A DNA stretch of 54,305 nt, the filler included, from Sluysia triapertura (lineage: Eukaryota): assembly GCA_046118255.1 (NCBI GenBank). It is 4 parts of 4 records of this genome, joined end to end, with 100 filler letters (N's around TTAATTAATTAA, not from the genome) between each part and the next. Parts side by side here need not be neighbours in the genome. Positions count along the whole stretch, not along the records: positions 29,456 to 40,399 come from JBJNIA010191140.1; positions 40,500 to 54,305 come from JBJNIA010018964.1; 2 more parts are not named here. One strand, given 5' to 3'. The notes under the pieces were generated by a model, which was not told the origin of the DNA, did no database searches, and was given only the letters and a program-made list of their open reading frames with translations. Position numbers and translations under genes: made by a program. Shown here piece by piece: positions 38,485 through 52,052 of the stretch. The first letter of the stretch is position 1. Each line of letters starts with the position of its first letter.

Positions 38485-39224
38485 ACTTTTGGAATGGATA
38501 CAATTTTTATATTATTAATGATTACTTTTGGTAATCATTTATGTCACCAATAATAATTAATTTGTTATAATAATAACTGATAATTTATTCTTTCTAATTT
38601 ATATTATTATTTCTACGCCATTTACATAATAACAATAATTCTTTTATTTGTTATGTTTAAATTATTTAATTCTTCTATTTATCACATTTTATTCTCTTTA
38701 TTACTATTGTTTCGTCTATTAACAAGCTTCATTGTTTTACATAAGTGTTTTATTTTATGAACAAATTATTTCAAAATTTTAATAAAATTTATTTTTAAAT
38801 AATTAAATAATTAAATTTATTCTAATAAAATTCTTAATTCATATTTCTGCAATCAAATTCTAAATTTTTTATATCTAGATTTTTCTACAATATTATTGTT
38901 ACTCATTTATCTTCCAATGGTGTACCAATCAATTCTTCATTTATTTCATTATTCTGATGATTGGATTTGTGATTGCCAAAAGAGTTTGGGAAGATGTGAT
39001 TTCCTTGCACACTAACATTATTCCATTAAAGGCATCGATAATTATTACCTTGTAGATTAATGTAACCAAAATTGGGAGCATATTATTGTTACGAATGACT
39101 TGGATGACTGAATTTATTGCCACAATTTTGTATTTTATTTGTAAGAAAAAAGTTGAGCATCATTTGAACTACGAAAGTCTGAATGATATGGATTGAAGAT
39201 ATCCAGATCATTTGAAATTTCAGC

Positions 39225-39400
39225 ACCAACAAATTTCTGACAGTGTTTCCGACGCATAGTTGTACATGATAACACGGTTACTATAGCCATTGGAAATGTA
39301 TCTCGATCATAAAAATTATTTCGCAACTAAGTAGAATTTGTCATAATTGAACTATAACACAGAAAAGTTCTTACAATCTTCAGAGATAAGACAAGTTCTT
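39225..39400 (-). pseudogene. Possible degenerate nuclear-receptor DNA-binding-domain fragment (HR96/NR1J-like)
   Basis: CLISED...FNYD...LSCE...FYDR...SCTTMRRKHCQKFVG across frames; most Cys residues are lost. Confidence 0.35.
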
Positions 39401-40330
39401 CTGTACCCAATCTGATGCGCCAGTTTATCAATTTGTGTAAAATTGATTTAATTTTCAACTCAACACAAAAATATTTTCTTTGAAAATCTCCCTCATAACG
39501 ACTGGCAGCAATTTCAAAATTTTTTCATCTAATCTTTTTAATTCGAGATTTTACAATTTTTTGTTAATCGCGCATAGTCATTTTTTATTATAACTCAAGT
39601 AAAGCTATGGTAATGCTGAATTAAAAAACTATACCAAATTAGAAAAAGCTTTAATTCCCTTACTAAATTTAATTAAAATATAAGTTCATTAAAATATAAA
39701 TAAATATAAAGCTGGAACTACTCTTCATTTATAATTTGAAATAAATAGGAAATAATTCACGATTACACAAAATTATATTCATTTTAAAGTTATTTTTTTG
39801 AATTTGCAGTGTCCTTTACCATTAGTAATTTTTCTTTTTTTGAAAACAAGCCCCCAAGTAACAGTAAAATGTTTTGCATAAAAATAATATAGAACTTCGA
39901 GTCAAATAAATCGTTTTTTGATTCACGATTTTGTTTAGTTTCTATTACAATTCTTTCGACAAATCCAATCGAAGTTTACCATTGAGTTGTTTATCTTGAA
40001 AATTTGAATTTGGATTATGTCAAATAAAATGCATTTCGTACTTATCTTGAAATCTTTCATTTTCGATTGATTAGTTTCGATTAAATGGTTTATCTAACAA
40101 CAATGTCAGTGTTTAACCTTTACATGTGGCCCTTAATAATGAAAATGTTTATTTTAGGAAAAGTAATCAACAGTGAACTGTGAGATGATGGAAGCAACGA
40201 ACTGTATCTTTTTATTATGTATTAATAGATAATTTTAAAATAAATCAAATGAATAAAAACATTCGGCGCGAAAGAGTTTTTGAAATCACTAGGTACGTGT
40301 TAATCTAGGGTTACTTTGCTCGCAAGTGTA

Positions 40331-40399
<69 letters not shown>
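40331..40399 (+). repeat. (AAT)n microsatellite at contig end
   Basis: Directly visible. Confidence 0.98.
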
Positions 40400-40499
40400 N
40401 NNNNNNNNNNNNNNNNNNNNNNNNNNNNNNNNNNNNNNNNNNNTTAATTAATTAANNNNNNNNNNNNNNNNNNNNNNNNNNNNNNNNNNNNNNNNNNNN
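40400..40499. other. Artificial assembly gap/spacer
   Basis: 44 N + TTAATTAATTAA + 44 N. Confidence 0.98.
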
Positions 40500-41449
40500 A
40501 ATTAGAATATCAATCACACGAAACATGTAATTTACTGCGCCCCTGAATTGAAAAAAGAACCTTTGCGTTTATTCAATTCGAATTTTATAATTCCAATTAT
40601 GCAATAATCAATAGTTAATTAAAATATTTTAACTTCGAATGGTTAATTTATGGTGTACGATAAATTTGTAATTTAATAGAGTGTGATGCGACAATAATAG
40701 CAAAATACATCATTAGAATATAATTACCTAGAGAAAATAATTAACCAAGATTATTGATTAGTAAAATTGGTAGAATAAACTACTATATTCTACAAAAGTT
40801 TTTTATGTTTCAGAAATATTATAGTGAATGATTTGTTTTAAGCGTTTTTGAGTAGTTATTAGTGCAATATAAATTAATATATTATTATATAAAGTGTTTT
40901 TCACCGTAAAATTTATTTTAAACATTCATTGCAAAAATTTTCATACTCGTTGACAAATAGATTTTAAATATTCATTGAATTTATAAATATTCTTTTGGAT
41001 CGAGCATTTTGATAAAAGGGTCATTATTAGCATGATAACCCAAATGATACTTTAAAATTAATATAATATTGTAAAATTAATATAAACTTGCAAGTGGTTC
41101 GTTTTATTTTCGTCTAAATTATAGTTTGGTCACTCCATATTTCATAGTTTATATATTCTGTTTGGTATTAATAAATGAGTTTAAAATTTATTTTATTTAG
41201 ACATGTTTTAAGAAAAGATATCAGTTTAAGATTTTATATATAAAGCATTTTTTTAGAAAAATACACTTTCATCCTTTACAACGAAGGTAAGAACTCCAAT
41301 TTCCAGATAACACTTAATAAATACACTTAGATTGATTTTTAAGAAAAAAAGTTAGTAAACTAAAAAGATTCTAACAGACGAATAATTTATAACCCGATAA
41401 AGGATTGACAAATATTGTAATAAAATAAAAAATCAATAAAGGTACTTAC

Positions 41450-41624
41450 TCGAAGAAGATTTTGTAACCATCATTTAACCTAAATTGAAGAAAGAAACCC
41501 AAAAATGGTTTGCGACTGCTATCACCACCAGTCAGAATTTTATGAATAGTCATGAAGCAATTATATTTCATCGAATGTACAAATTTAATATCAGAAATAA
41601 TTTTTCGTTTTTCATCTTCAATAT
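41450..41624 (-). CDS. HUWE1: HUWE1 N-terminal-region exon
   Basis: ttcag acceptor and GTAAGT donor. KYNCFMTIHKILTGGDSSRKPFLGFFLQFRLNDGYKIFFE resembles [38 protein letters not shown]. Phase-compatible with the 44417 donor. Confidence 0.75.
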
Positions 41625-41660
41625 CTGAATTTATAAATTTATATTTTATAATTATGTGCG

Positions 41661-41721
<61 letters not shown>
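41661..41721 (+). repeat. (ATT)n microsatellite (intronic)
   Basis: Directly visible. Confidence 0.98.
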
Positions 41722-41725
<4 letters not shown>

Positions 41726-42157
41726 AATCATCTAAAATTTGGTCAATAATTAAAAAAGCGTGCAAGGTATGTAAATATTAATCCTTTCCCTCAACATTTC
41801 GCATTGACGAATGTGGTACACCTATTTTTAGTGATTTGAAAAAATTTAAATGGTAACATGATTAAGACCATAAGAAAGCTAATGTACAAACACTGATGTT
41901 CAATCATATCAATTTACTAGTTTGCTGAGACTAAAAATGGCTTCATTATTCCGATTTATAACTTGCGTGAAGAACATTTTTAGTGAAATATAATTTTATA
42001 ATATCAAATTTTGAAACAAAGCTTTGGTTCACCAAGGTTATTTTGACATTGTGTTTATAATTATTTCATATTTAATTACGTAGGGTTACTATTACTGGCA
42101 TCATTTTCTTTTGCTAAAACTTATAGAAATAAGAGTTTTTATTATAAACTTATCGAA

Positions 42158-42580
42158 ATGAAAACTTATCAGATAACGGATAATGAATCGAGGATAAGTG
42201 ATATGGAACCATGTGATAACGAAATTGAAAAAGAAGAGGAAGCCAGTGGAATTGAAGCCAGTAAAGATGTAGACTTCGTAATATCGAGATTTCTGATTCT
42301 GAAGGTGAAAATTAAATAGATCGTAACCGTAAAATGGTACTTTTCGAGAAACCATGAAAGAAGATAGATTACTACGCCTTATCACATTAAAAGATGGCTC
42401 AGGTCCAATTGGCTATACGACAAGGTTATTATGATCGGTTGAGTAAGTATTATGAAATAAATAAAATTATGTACAGAACTTGATACTCGTAAAATGTTGA
42501 GTAAGAAATTAACAGTTACAAAATCCCAATGATAGGCCTTTGTAACAATTTTGTCTTCCTGAAAAGTGCATAAAGCCAAA
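42158..42580 (+). mobile_element. Possible piggyBac transposase remnant in a HUWE1 intron
   Basis: Acidic N-terminus, ISDSE, NGT, then LKDGSGPIGYTTR (cf. GPT.YA.R) and a CNNFV remnant. A degenerate TTAATCCTTT end lies near 41778. Confidence 0.35.
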
Positions 42581-42890
42581 AAATTAATATGTTCATAATT
42601 TTAAAACCTACTTCGATACAAACGTTTTATCGGAAAATGAACGCGATCACAATTTAAAAATGCAGTACACAATTTATTAGATACTCAAAAAATAAAATAT
42701 AGATTACAATTGTAAGTGCTCAAGAATTCGTAAGTCACTTAATATAATATTCATCTGGCCATTGGCGATTTCTTATGTTAAGGTGCTTATTAATACAATA
42801 ATAAAAAATTAATATATAATAAACTATTTATAATAAATAAATAAAGTTTAATGGTTGAAATATCATAATTTATAATAAAGGTAATAATTT

Positions 42891-42903
42891 AATAATAATA
42901 ATG

Positions 42904-42960
<57 letters not shown>
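42891..42960 (+). repeat. (AAT)n microsatellite (intronic)
   Basis: Directly visible. Confidence 0.98.
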
Positions 42961-44416
42961 TCAATTGTTAGAAATACTTGGCACTTAAATAAAAGCACGA
43001 GATAAATAGTGAAAAATTCAAGTGAAATCGTGATAAACATAAGATTCTTAAACCGATATAAATTTGTAAAATATTGACGAAAACAAATTTAAAATGCATC
43101 GTTTGACAAAATTTAATAATCAGAGATTTGGTCGAAATAGAATAATCTTTTTGAAAATAGATTACAAAAAGTTCTTATCACGCAAGAAAAGTTTATAACA
43201 ATTTACTTAAATTATATTTAACGAAGATTTACTGAATCATAATTTGACAATCTTTATTTAAAAATAGAAATGCTTTGATTTTAAAAATACGAAATATTTT
43301 TTATCGTTTTTACGATCATAATTTAAGTTGAAATCATGATTATGTACAATTTTTTTTGTTTCTGATACATATTGTGCATTATTTTAAGTACTCCTTGTGA
43401 TTTAACCAAGTAATCGTCCAAATCATTAACGAGTTAATAATGTATTTCAAATCTTCGTTAATCACTCCCGAATAACGACCAAATCTTCAGTGATGAATTC
43501 ACCAAAAGCTCCAATAAGATTGTGTTAAATTCTTCTTTTTCATTACAAACTATCTCTTTATAATGTATTTTTAATGATATTTGATCAATAATTTTTTCAA
43601 TTTTATTCTATAATCAATTTTTCTCTATTAATTTCATTACATAGCCGATTTTATTCTATAATTAAATACATACACATTTAGTCTTATTCTATATTAAAAT
43701 TCATTTACATCTGCTTTGTTAATTCGTATTAATTTGTGAATGCTAATGTTTGTTTTTCATTTCTATTTTACAAGCATGACATTTTTGTATTCCTGTGATA
43801 TTTCTATACAATCTGTAGCATTTCCTTTTTGCTAATTAAATGTAGTAGATTCAATTCTTCATTATTATTCCACTTTCATTTTGTTTTCTTCTTTTAAGAA
43901 TTACTTTCCATTTTCCGATTTTAATCTATTCTTATAATTTATGTTTTATTTAATTTACATACAATTTAAATACATTTACTAAATAAATTTTAGTACAGAT
44001 TATTAAATTTTTATAATTTGCTACTAAGGTTATTTAGATTTAAACGCTAGAACTTTCAAAATTACGTATTACTAACAAAGAATTACTAACTTCAAATTTT
44101 ATTGTTTTTGCCGCTATAATTCATTTTACTTAAAAATTTCTAAATATCAAAATGTGTTATATTTATTCAGTTAAATTGTTTATAATAATTAGTTTACAAT
44201 TTATGTTAAAATAATTTATTTAAGAATTAGTTTTATTTAAGAATTTGGTTTTATTGATTTATCGTCCCATCTTATAATTTTATTTTTTCTTTTATTATTA
44301 TTCTTATAGTATTACTATTCTTATAATAATAATTATTATTTCTATTATTATATAATGTATAATACAATATATAATGCAAAATATAATACAATACAATATA
44401 GTATATATAATAATAC

Positions 44417-44662
44417 TAGTTTCAGTATATGGACTTTTCCATTTCAGTAATTCTCGACAATGATCAGCAATTATGTTTAGCATTTCAAATTTGTGACTAC
44501 CACTAGGAATATTCCCTTGTGCTCGATTATAGCGAACTCGAACGACATATGAATAGTCTGGTTTAACACAACAAAATTTAGTTAATGTTACCATAAGATC
44601 CACGAAATCTGTAGCAACTTTCTGGATTGTACAAAGCATTTTTTTAATGATCTTTTCACTTC
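44417..44662 (-). CDS. HUWE1: HUWE1 N-terminal-region exon
   Basis: tatag acceptor. KIIKKML...DLMVTLTKFCCVKP...LLKWKSPYTET resembles KQIKPLL...ELFGLLVKLCVGSP...GLSWQPPPYTPT. Phase 1 at both ends. Confidence 0.75.
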
Positions 44663-47636
44663 CTATAATTAAGTAAATAATATTTAAAATAGAAAACAAA
44701 AATTTCAATAACAATTGAAATGCTTTATATAACTCGTACATAAATAAAATTTTTTTTGTAAAACAATAAATTAATCAGTCAATAAGAATCCAAATTTCTA
44801 AAACCAATTAGAACCTTTTGAGTAATTTTTTTGAATTGTGTCTTTTGTTAAATGGCGTTGATTAATACTTAAAGTATGAGTTGTTTCCAGGTTTTTTGTA
44901 TACTTTCTATCTATTAATATGAACTCTTGATAACTTATACAACTGAATGCAACTTATGCAAAATACATATTAAATAGTTTAGAATAATTTTACTTAATTT
45001 AAAATACAATTAAAATAAAACTTAAATATCTTAGTAATCATGGTAAATTCAAAATAAAGTACACTTATTTAAGAAACAAATAGTGTAGCTCCATGAATGC
45101 AATTAGCAAGTAGCAAAAAAACAAACTATTTCAGTAAAATGAAAATGAAAATTTCAACATTACTGACGGACTAATACAAACCCACACATTACTACGTGAA
45201 TGTACATAAAAGAATAACTACATCATAAAATTAATTATTATAGAAAATTAATTAACATATAAGTAATGTAAATTTATTTTGTAAATATAAAAATAAAAAG
45301 TTATTGTTAATAGAAAATATTTTTTCTAGTCACTATAATAGAAAATAATTAGTGAACGATATTGTATGTATTAAAATAATTGTCAATAATATTAACATCA
45401 TTGTTAATAATGCAGAGCTATTCTCTTATTGGAAAATCATGAAATAGACATTAATAGAAAATTTATTTAAAAAATAATTAATACTTTTGAGTACTCTTTT
45501 AACTGGTAATGCAGTAGAAAATTATAAAAAATAATCATCATTAATAAAAATTTATTAAAAAATAATTAATAGAACAAGAATATAAAGCAAACTACAATTG
45601 TTATGACAAAATAACTAAGCTAAATACCTAAAAGTAATAACATAATCGGAACAATATTTTGGATATAAAAATAATAATGCAGAGACTATTGAAACAAAAA
45701 AGTATAAATAGGCATCACAGTTTATTGAAGGTATTTTTAGAATATTTGATCACAGTTTATTGAAGAAACATTTCACTGCAATTTGTCCAAGAAGGAATAC
45801 ATAAAACATAATTTTTAATAAAAACTTTTGCTAAATCTAGATTTTCTAAACATAATTTGGTAATATTTTAATTCTCCTATTACGAATATTGAGATCAATT
45901 AATTTATTACTTCGAATTTGGAGTCTTGATTGTTCAATAAATTCAAATTTCCCTAAAAGTGTTATGCCTTGAAGGTTGATACATAACTAAAAATTAAATA
46001 AATAAATGATAACTGATAATGGCGATCGTGAGGACTTGTGTAACAAAAAGCATAATATTAACATATTTGGTTATTATAATTTGATATAGTTATGTTGATT
46101 TCATTATAAGATTTTGAAGTTTTATAATTCACGAATTGTGTTGAGTACAAAGAATTAATATTGTCTAACGTTTATTTGATATAATATAATTTTGTGTTTT
46201 AGCGGTTAATGACTTAAATATATTTTATTGTAAGATTTTTGTATTGGGTATACTGAAATAGCGATATGTAGAAAATGTTTTACATGTAAATTATGTAGGA
46301 CTTGAATTATGACTTTGCATGAACTTACGCATGAGTGACGTGATTAGTGTGTGATTCAAACACCACAACGATAATACATATATAAAATCATTTACATGAT
46401 TTTAACTACAGTAAAGCTACTTCAGATTGGAATTCAAAAAATTATTGGCCATGATATATAATAGAGTGGAACTTTCCACATTAAAAATAATTTTTTGTTG
46501 GCTTTTAAACTAAATTTAAAAATTTAGAATTAATTTTGATTATAAAGATATTTTGGTTACGTTCTAGAAGTTTCTTGGCTATATGTACAAGAAATACTCT
46601 GGTTATATTTTGGTTTCAAATATAATTTTGATACTTTACGAACTTATTGACAACTTCTTAGGCATATATTACGCGAGTCCTTTATTGGTGAATAGTGATT
46701 TAGTAAGTACAGGATCTAAATTTATATTGTTAATATATCTTAAATTACATGTGGTCCCTTTTATTACACTGTACATTTATGTTTTGTTACTAAATACATC
46801 TTATTGGATTAAAGATTTAATTTATTTTGAATATAGAAATTTGAAGAAATTTTATTGATTTGTACTAGTCTCTACCATCCCAGAGAAGTTCAGATGATCT
46901 CCGCCATAGAAAGACTAATTATAAATTCATATAATATAAGTATTATCCATCATAATTTCAAGTTTAAAATTCAATTCACATTTAAATATTACAAGACTAG
47001 TAAAGTTGTGGAATAATGTGAGGCGCAATCACCAGTAGATTTAAATTTACTACCTACCATTCGAATAACAAAGCGGGTAAATTTTTATTACAAATTTGGA
47101 AATCAAAATCAAGTTTAAAAAGATATTTATTACATAGTTAATACACAAAATAAAATAAAATTGATACGAGATAATATTAACCCATGTAAACTCTCACTAT
47201 TTTTGTTTTATCCAAAACGTTAGTATAATTAAAATGATTTCGTACTCTGAAGACAATTCCAAAAATGTAATAATAGTTTGTTATGGATTAATATTAGTCT
47301 AAGTAGTATTATGAATATTTATGTCGCTACCTTAGATTGGAATTACATAAGAAAAGTTCTATTATACACGTACTATATATTTTGCTATCAATTAATTATT
47401 TTCAGCATTCAAGATCTAACGTAAGAATAGAATCAAGAGTTCTAAAAATGGTTAAGCCATAATCCAAGGCAAACTAAATAAAATTTTAAACCATTTTATG
47501 TAAGAGAATTCTTAACTTCTACAATACTCAATACTTGAACAAAAGTAGTTCTACCTAAAGTATAAATCATATATTTATACATCTTATATTTCATGTACGT
47601 ATAAATGTGATTTTAGCTAAATATTTTAAAACTTAC

Positions 47637-47842
47637 GTGGATTATCGTTAAATAACTGTTGGCATGATGATATAGAATCTAATTTATTATCTGTAAATGT
47701 ATCATCTCCGCTTACATCCATTACAACACTGTTCCTTTCATATAAACATAACCGTTTCAAATCTTCCAAACATGCTTCTTCATTTTCAAACAACAAATTC
47801 ATTAAAACCATCCCATCCCAATGGAAAAGAGGTAATAAATTT
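47637..47842 (-). CDS. HUWE1: HUWE1 N-terminal-region exon
   Basis: ttttag acceptor and GTAAGT donor. FHWDGMVLMNL...EDLKRL resembles LVWESTVLLSL...ADMQKL. Confidence 0.75.
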
Positions 47843-48829
47843 CTAAAATAAAATAAAATCCAAAATATTCCCAAAAATCTATGAAAAGTTTTTGGTAACG
47901 AATTTTGTACAATAATCATATAATTATTTTATTATAATTTCAGTTTAAAATGTTTTCAACTCAATAAACAAAAACTTCCTCAATTTGAATTCAAGAAATA
48001 ATGTTAAGATATTTTACAATTGTGAAGCTCCATTTGTTTTTATTCTTGTACATTTGTAGTGGTTCTAAACCAGACTCGTAATTTTGTTACATGAACTAAC
48101 ACACTCCAATTATATTATCTTATATTATTTTGACACATCAAATGAAATATATTTAATGTATCGCCTTTGTCACAGCATTTGTACTTTAGTGACACAACTA
48201 ATTAGTTGATAAATCTCAGCCTTTGTGAACCAATTTTATTGAAATCGATTTGGATCTATCGTCGATATATAGTATCTACTAAATGTTATTTTATCTGTTT
48301 TGCGAACTGTTTTATATAAACACGTTTTTCATGCATTTTATGCTATCTTCCAAATTCCATCTTAAAAGTGCAAAAAACGTTCCGCCTGTTCTTATTATAA
48401 ATTAATATTTACTATATATTAAATACATTCAGGTACGCATTAAAATGTGTGTTTCTGTTCAAAACCACTTAAACAATTGAAATATAAAAACAAATAGAAA
48501 ACATCGTTTATTTACAAAATGGAATTGTGTTAATGTTAATGTTAAAAAATAGGAGAATGAGACAACAAAATGCAATTAAATGCTACATATACAATAGAAT
48601 GACGAATTTATAGGAATGGGCAAAAAAAATTTAGAGTAAATTCGGTATGTAATGAGATGCAGCATAACTGATCCTTTTAAAATATGCATACTAATTGAAA
48701 ACATACAAATAAGTTTTTGAAATTATAAAAGGTTAAAAATATTTCATTTTTATATTAGAAAGCTAGATTTAGAAAACTAGAGTTTAATATCATTTTAATA
48801 ATTTTATTAAACATTAATAATCAACTAAC

Positions 48830-49103
48830 GCATGTTTAATAGGACCATTGAGTAAAATTTCTAATAAACTTTGCCTTAGATTACCTGGTAAACGGTCAGT
48901 TATTTTATCATAAATCGATACAATACTCGATAAGATAACTAAATCATGTAAATAACATACTCCATTAATTAGCCATAACTTTTTCTTCAAAACAGTTTGA
49001 TGTCGAGGATCACTACTGATTAGACGTAATGGAATATTAAGTTCCATAGGTTTGAAAGAATTATAGTAACTTTCATTCCGTGTTACATAACCTTTTAAAA
49101 ACA
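48830..49103 (-). CDS. HUWE1: HUWE1 N-terminal-region exon (boundaries tentative)
   Basis: Within ORF 48814-49104. YLHDLVILSSIVSIY..R...LRQ resembles LLHALTAAHAYIMMF..R..EIRS. ttcag acceptor and GTTAGT donor keep the frame. Confidence 0.6.
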
Positions 49104-49198
49104 CTGAATAAAATTGAGGCTAAACGCAAGATAAGCGTTTCGTTATAAAAAAATCTGTTTGTGAAATAATTTATAAAAAAGTCTTGTTTCAGATTCAC

Positions 49199-49538
49199 TA
49201 GCAAAACTTAACAAATATTCGAATATTTTCTGCAAGGAGAAACATGCGGCTGAAGTCAGAAAATCGTAAGGCAAAGCCGGTAGAGTAAATACTTCTAATA
49301 AAAGAGAAAAACCTAATTTTGAATATATTTGTGATTTTAAGTTTGCTTCCGGATTTTGTTCAAATATAAAGCGTTCAAAAAATTTACAAACGTTACATAA
49401 ATAATCCATGAAGTAAATTTCATCTTGTTCAGTTATTTCAGTACCTGGTTCATTCGCAACATATGTTGAATCTAATAAATGTATAGAAAATACATTTAAC
49501 AACTTCTGTGTTTCTAAATCTACATCCAAAATTTCATT
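49199..49538 (-). CDS. HUWE1: HUWE1 N-terminal (armadillo-like/DUF913-adjacent) sequence fused in frame behind the HECT domain
   Basis: [13 protein letters not shown]...[23 protein letters not shown] matches the recalled LMDYILNVMKFVE...KGL.[21 protein letters not shown] of the HUWE1 N-terminus. Confidence 0.85.
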
Positions 49539-49871
49539 GTGAGCTGCTGGTAATTGGTTTGTGCTAGTCGATGCTTGACTTATTTGAAATTTTGTAGGAC
49601 CATTCATTCCTTCTAATTTAGAAAACCCTCCAAAAGGTACTTTACTTGTACCTGTGACAAACTGAATGAAACACGCTCGATCTTCTGATTCAAATGATTC
49701 TAATGCTTGCCAGAACCATTTTATCTGATCTGAATTAGCATGATAGCGAGTATAAACAGTGTTAGCTTTTAAATCTGCTAAATCTATATCTGGAAGTCCG
49801 CAAATTAACAGTTCTAGCTCCTTTTCATTAAAGATTGATATTAATGACTTCGGTATTATTTCATAGAATCC
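49539..49871 (-). CDS. HUWE1: HUWE1 HECT C-lobe, truncated just before the catalytic Cys
   Basis: [27 protein letters not shown]...IKWFW...[29 protein letters not shown]......NQLPAAH; no TCFN follows. Confidence 0.95.
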
Positions 49872-50070
49872 CTTAATAATTATTTTTAATAATACATTTT
49901 CAAATTCTGTGAATAAGAATCACATTATAAATTGCGCATCAATATCACAAATCTAGAAATTTTACTTTAGACGAAATAAATTAAAATAAATTAACAAATC
50001 TCTTATTTTTCCTTGAAATACATTTTAAATTAAAATAAGAATAAACTATAAAAGTAATTTTTCTTCACAC

Positions 50071-50295
50071 CTGCAAGAAACTAGCGAGCTGTTGTCGGAT
50101 AGCTCCGGTCATTTTCTGTTGACATACCAATCGTACATAATCTCGCTTATTTTCTTCTGTTACTAGTATCTTGGAACCATCTGGAAGAAGTTCTCTAGTT
50201 TCCGATCGGCCAAATTCATTTATCTGTATAGTAAACGTTTGATCTGACAAAGCAAACATTGAAGAAACGTCATTGTTTAATAAAAATTCCAAACC
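50071..50295 (-). CDS. HUWE1: HUWE1 HECT exon
   Basis: AG/GT bounded, phase 0; [11 protein letters not shown]...NEFG...[42 protein letters not shown]. Confidence 0.95.
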
Positions 50296-50903
50296 CTGTA
50301 CAAATAAACAATTTATAATTATATGAAACTTTATACATTAATAACATTTCATTTTAGTTTTCTCATTATATAAATTTAACACAAATTATAATTACTTATA
50401 CTCAAAAATAAGAATTGATTAATGTACTTTAGAAATTCAGAGAATATAATATATTATGTTTCTATTAAGTTGTTCGATAGAAAACTATCAAATTTAGAAC
50501 ATATAAAAAGATGAAACTAAAATGCATTTATTTAAATAATATTCATCTGACTCTAAATATTGTTCTTATTGTGTGATTTACTTAATTGTCACTAATTCAT
50601 AGAAACCAGATTTGAAATTAAGTCTAATCTAATAGTAGTTATGGATCGAAGACATTATATTATATTAGGGATTTTCTCATTTTTGTAATAAGCTTTCGTT
50701 TAGGAATTATATCATAATTCAATTTGAAATATAACTAAATTACATATAATGCAAAAATTAAATTGTATGTCATGTTAATAATAATAAAAATAATATATTA
50801 AATTTGAACTAAGGTCTTAATGATTTTGTAATTTATGAATTAAACATTTAAACGTCTTCAAACGTTTGATTTTAATAATTCAAGGTTGGTAATATAACTA
50901 AAC

Positions 50904-51119
50904 CTGAAAAAATTGATAATCTTCTTTCTCTAAGTCTGTATATCGTATTGGTAAACCTAAGATATGTTTATAGATGGCTCTAGTAAAATAACACTGAAGC
51001 AATTTCTGATCAAAAATAGCTTTTGCTATAAAACGACCAACGAATTTGAAATAGCTTAGATGATTACTGTTGATATATGATGACGGATTGATTGTGTATG
51101 TAACTCCATCAGGGGATAC
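50904..51119 (-). CDS. HUWE1: HUWE1 HECT exon
   Basis: AG/GT bounded, phase 0; [55 protein letters not shown]...[11 protein letters not shown]. Confidence 0.95.
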
Positions 51120-51824
51120 CTGAAAAAAGATTAAAATTTAATTAATTGTAACTTATTGATAATTATTTATTAATTATTGTCGATAATGTTTCGGATTTAT
51201 TTTACGTTAAGGCAGAAACAATTATTTCTTCAACTATTCAAATTTTTAAAAAACAAAGCTTATTATTAAAAATTATTGTCACTGATTCATACAAGTACAT
51301 TATTCAAATGGGTAAATTACTAATAAAATTCAGGCACAACAACTGTGAAACCTATAGACAATTTATTTAATTCTGTAAAATTTAAAATATTATTTTAATT
51401 TCTATAAAAATAAGTTGTTTCTGAAGAATAACGCAATTCATTCATTATACATATTTAATATTAAATCATTAGTTTAATATCGATCATCAATGAAACTAAT
51501 ATTTTCATGTTGAGATTATTTTTCGATATAAATGCATTTGCGCAACACATTTTTCTATCATCAAAAACATTAATGTAATACGAAGATCTATCATTGTGTT
51601 TTCTTAATAACATCAGTAATATTGAAGAACAAAGAACTTGATAATACTTTTGCATTATTCAAGACAAAATTCTAGATTTATAGCAACTTTTTTTAGCTGC
51701 ACGTACAGGATGAGTGTAAAGTCATTGTCGGTTTAAAAATGTGTATTTATCTAAACCATTAGTATGTATTATGAAAATTTTTTGCAAACAATAATTGAAT
51801 TTGATGTTTGATTTAAATGTACTA

Positions 51825-52052
51825 CAGTGGATCCCCGCATAACGTGATAATAAAATTTCGACAAACGAGCAAATTTAGCCCCTGTAAAGCGTTAATGAAA
51901 CTTTTAATTTTATTATTATTCACAGCGAGTTCGACATCTATCGTTACCATTCTTTTAACGCGATAGTTCCCTACCGCCTTATGTAGGAGTCCCCATGTAA
52001 CACGAATTCCAATACGCAGTACTTAATTATTGTGTTACGCGGGAATCTACTG
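51825..52052. mobile_element. 228-bp Tc1/mariner-pogo-type MITE in a HUWE1 intron
   Basis: TA target duplication on both sides. TIRs CAGTGGATCCCCGCATAAC and (rc) CAGTAGATTCCCGCGTAAC are 16/19 identical. Confidence 0.85.

Noticed and set aside
41552-41749. ORF with a poly-Tyr run
   Set aside because: Translation of an (ATT)n microsatellite, antisense to a HUWE1 exon/intron.
45240-45765. Repeated TAATAGAAAAT words and a 17-bp direct repeat as a CRISPR-like array
   Set aside because: Irregular spacing, degenerate AT-rich units, eukaryotic intron; ordinary slippage duplications.
48880-48900. TDRLP as the displaced HECT end (cf. TDRLPSAHTC)
   Set aside because: Followed by GNLRQ rather than xAHTC, and it lies in sequence aligning to the HUWE1 N-terminus; coincidence.
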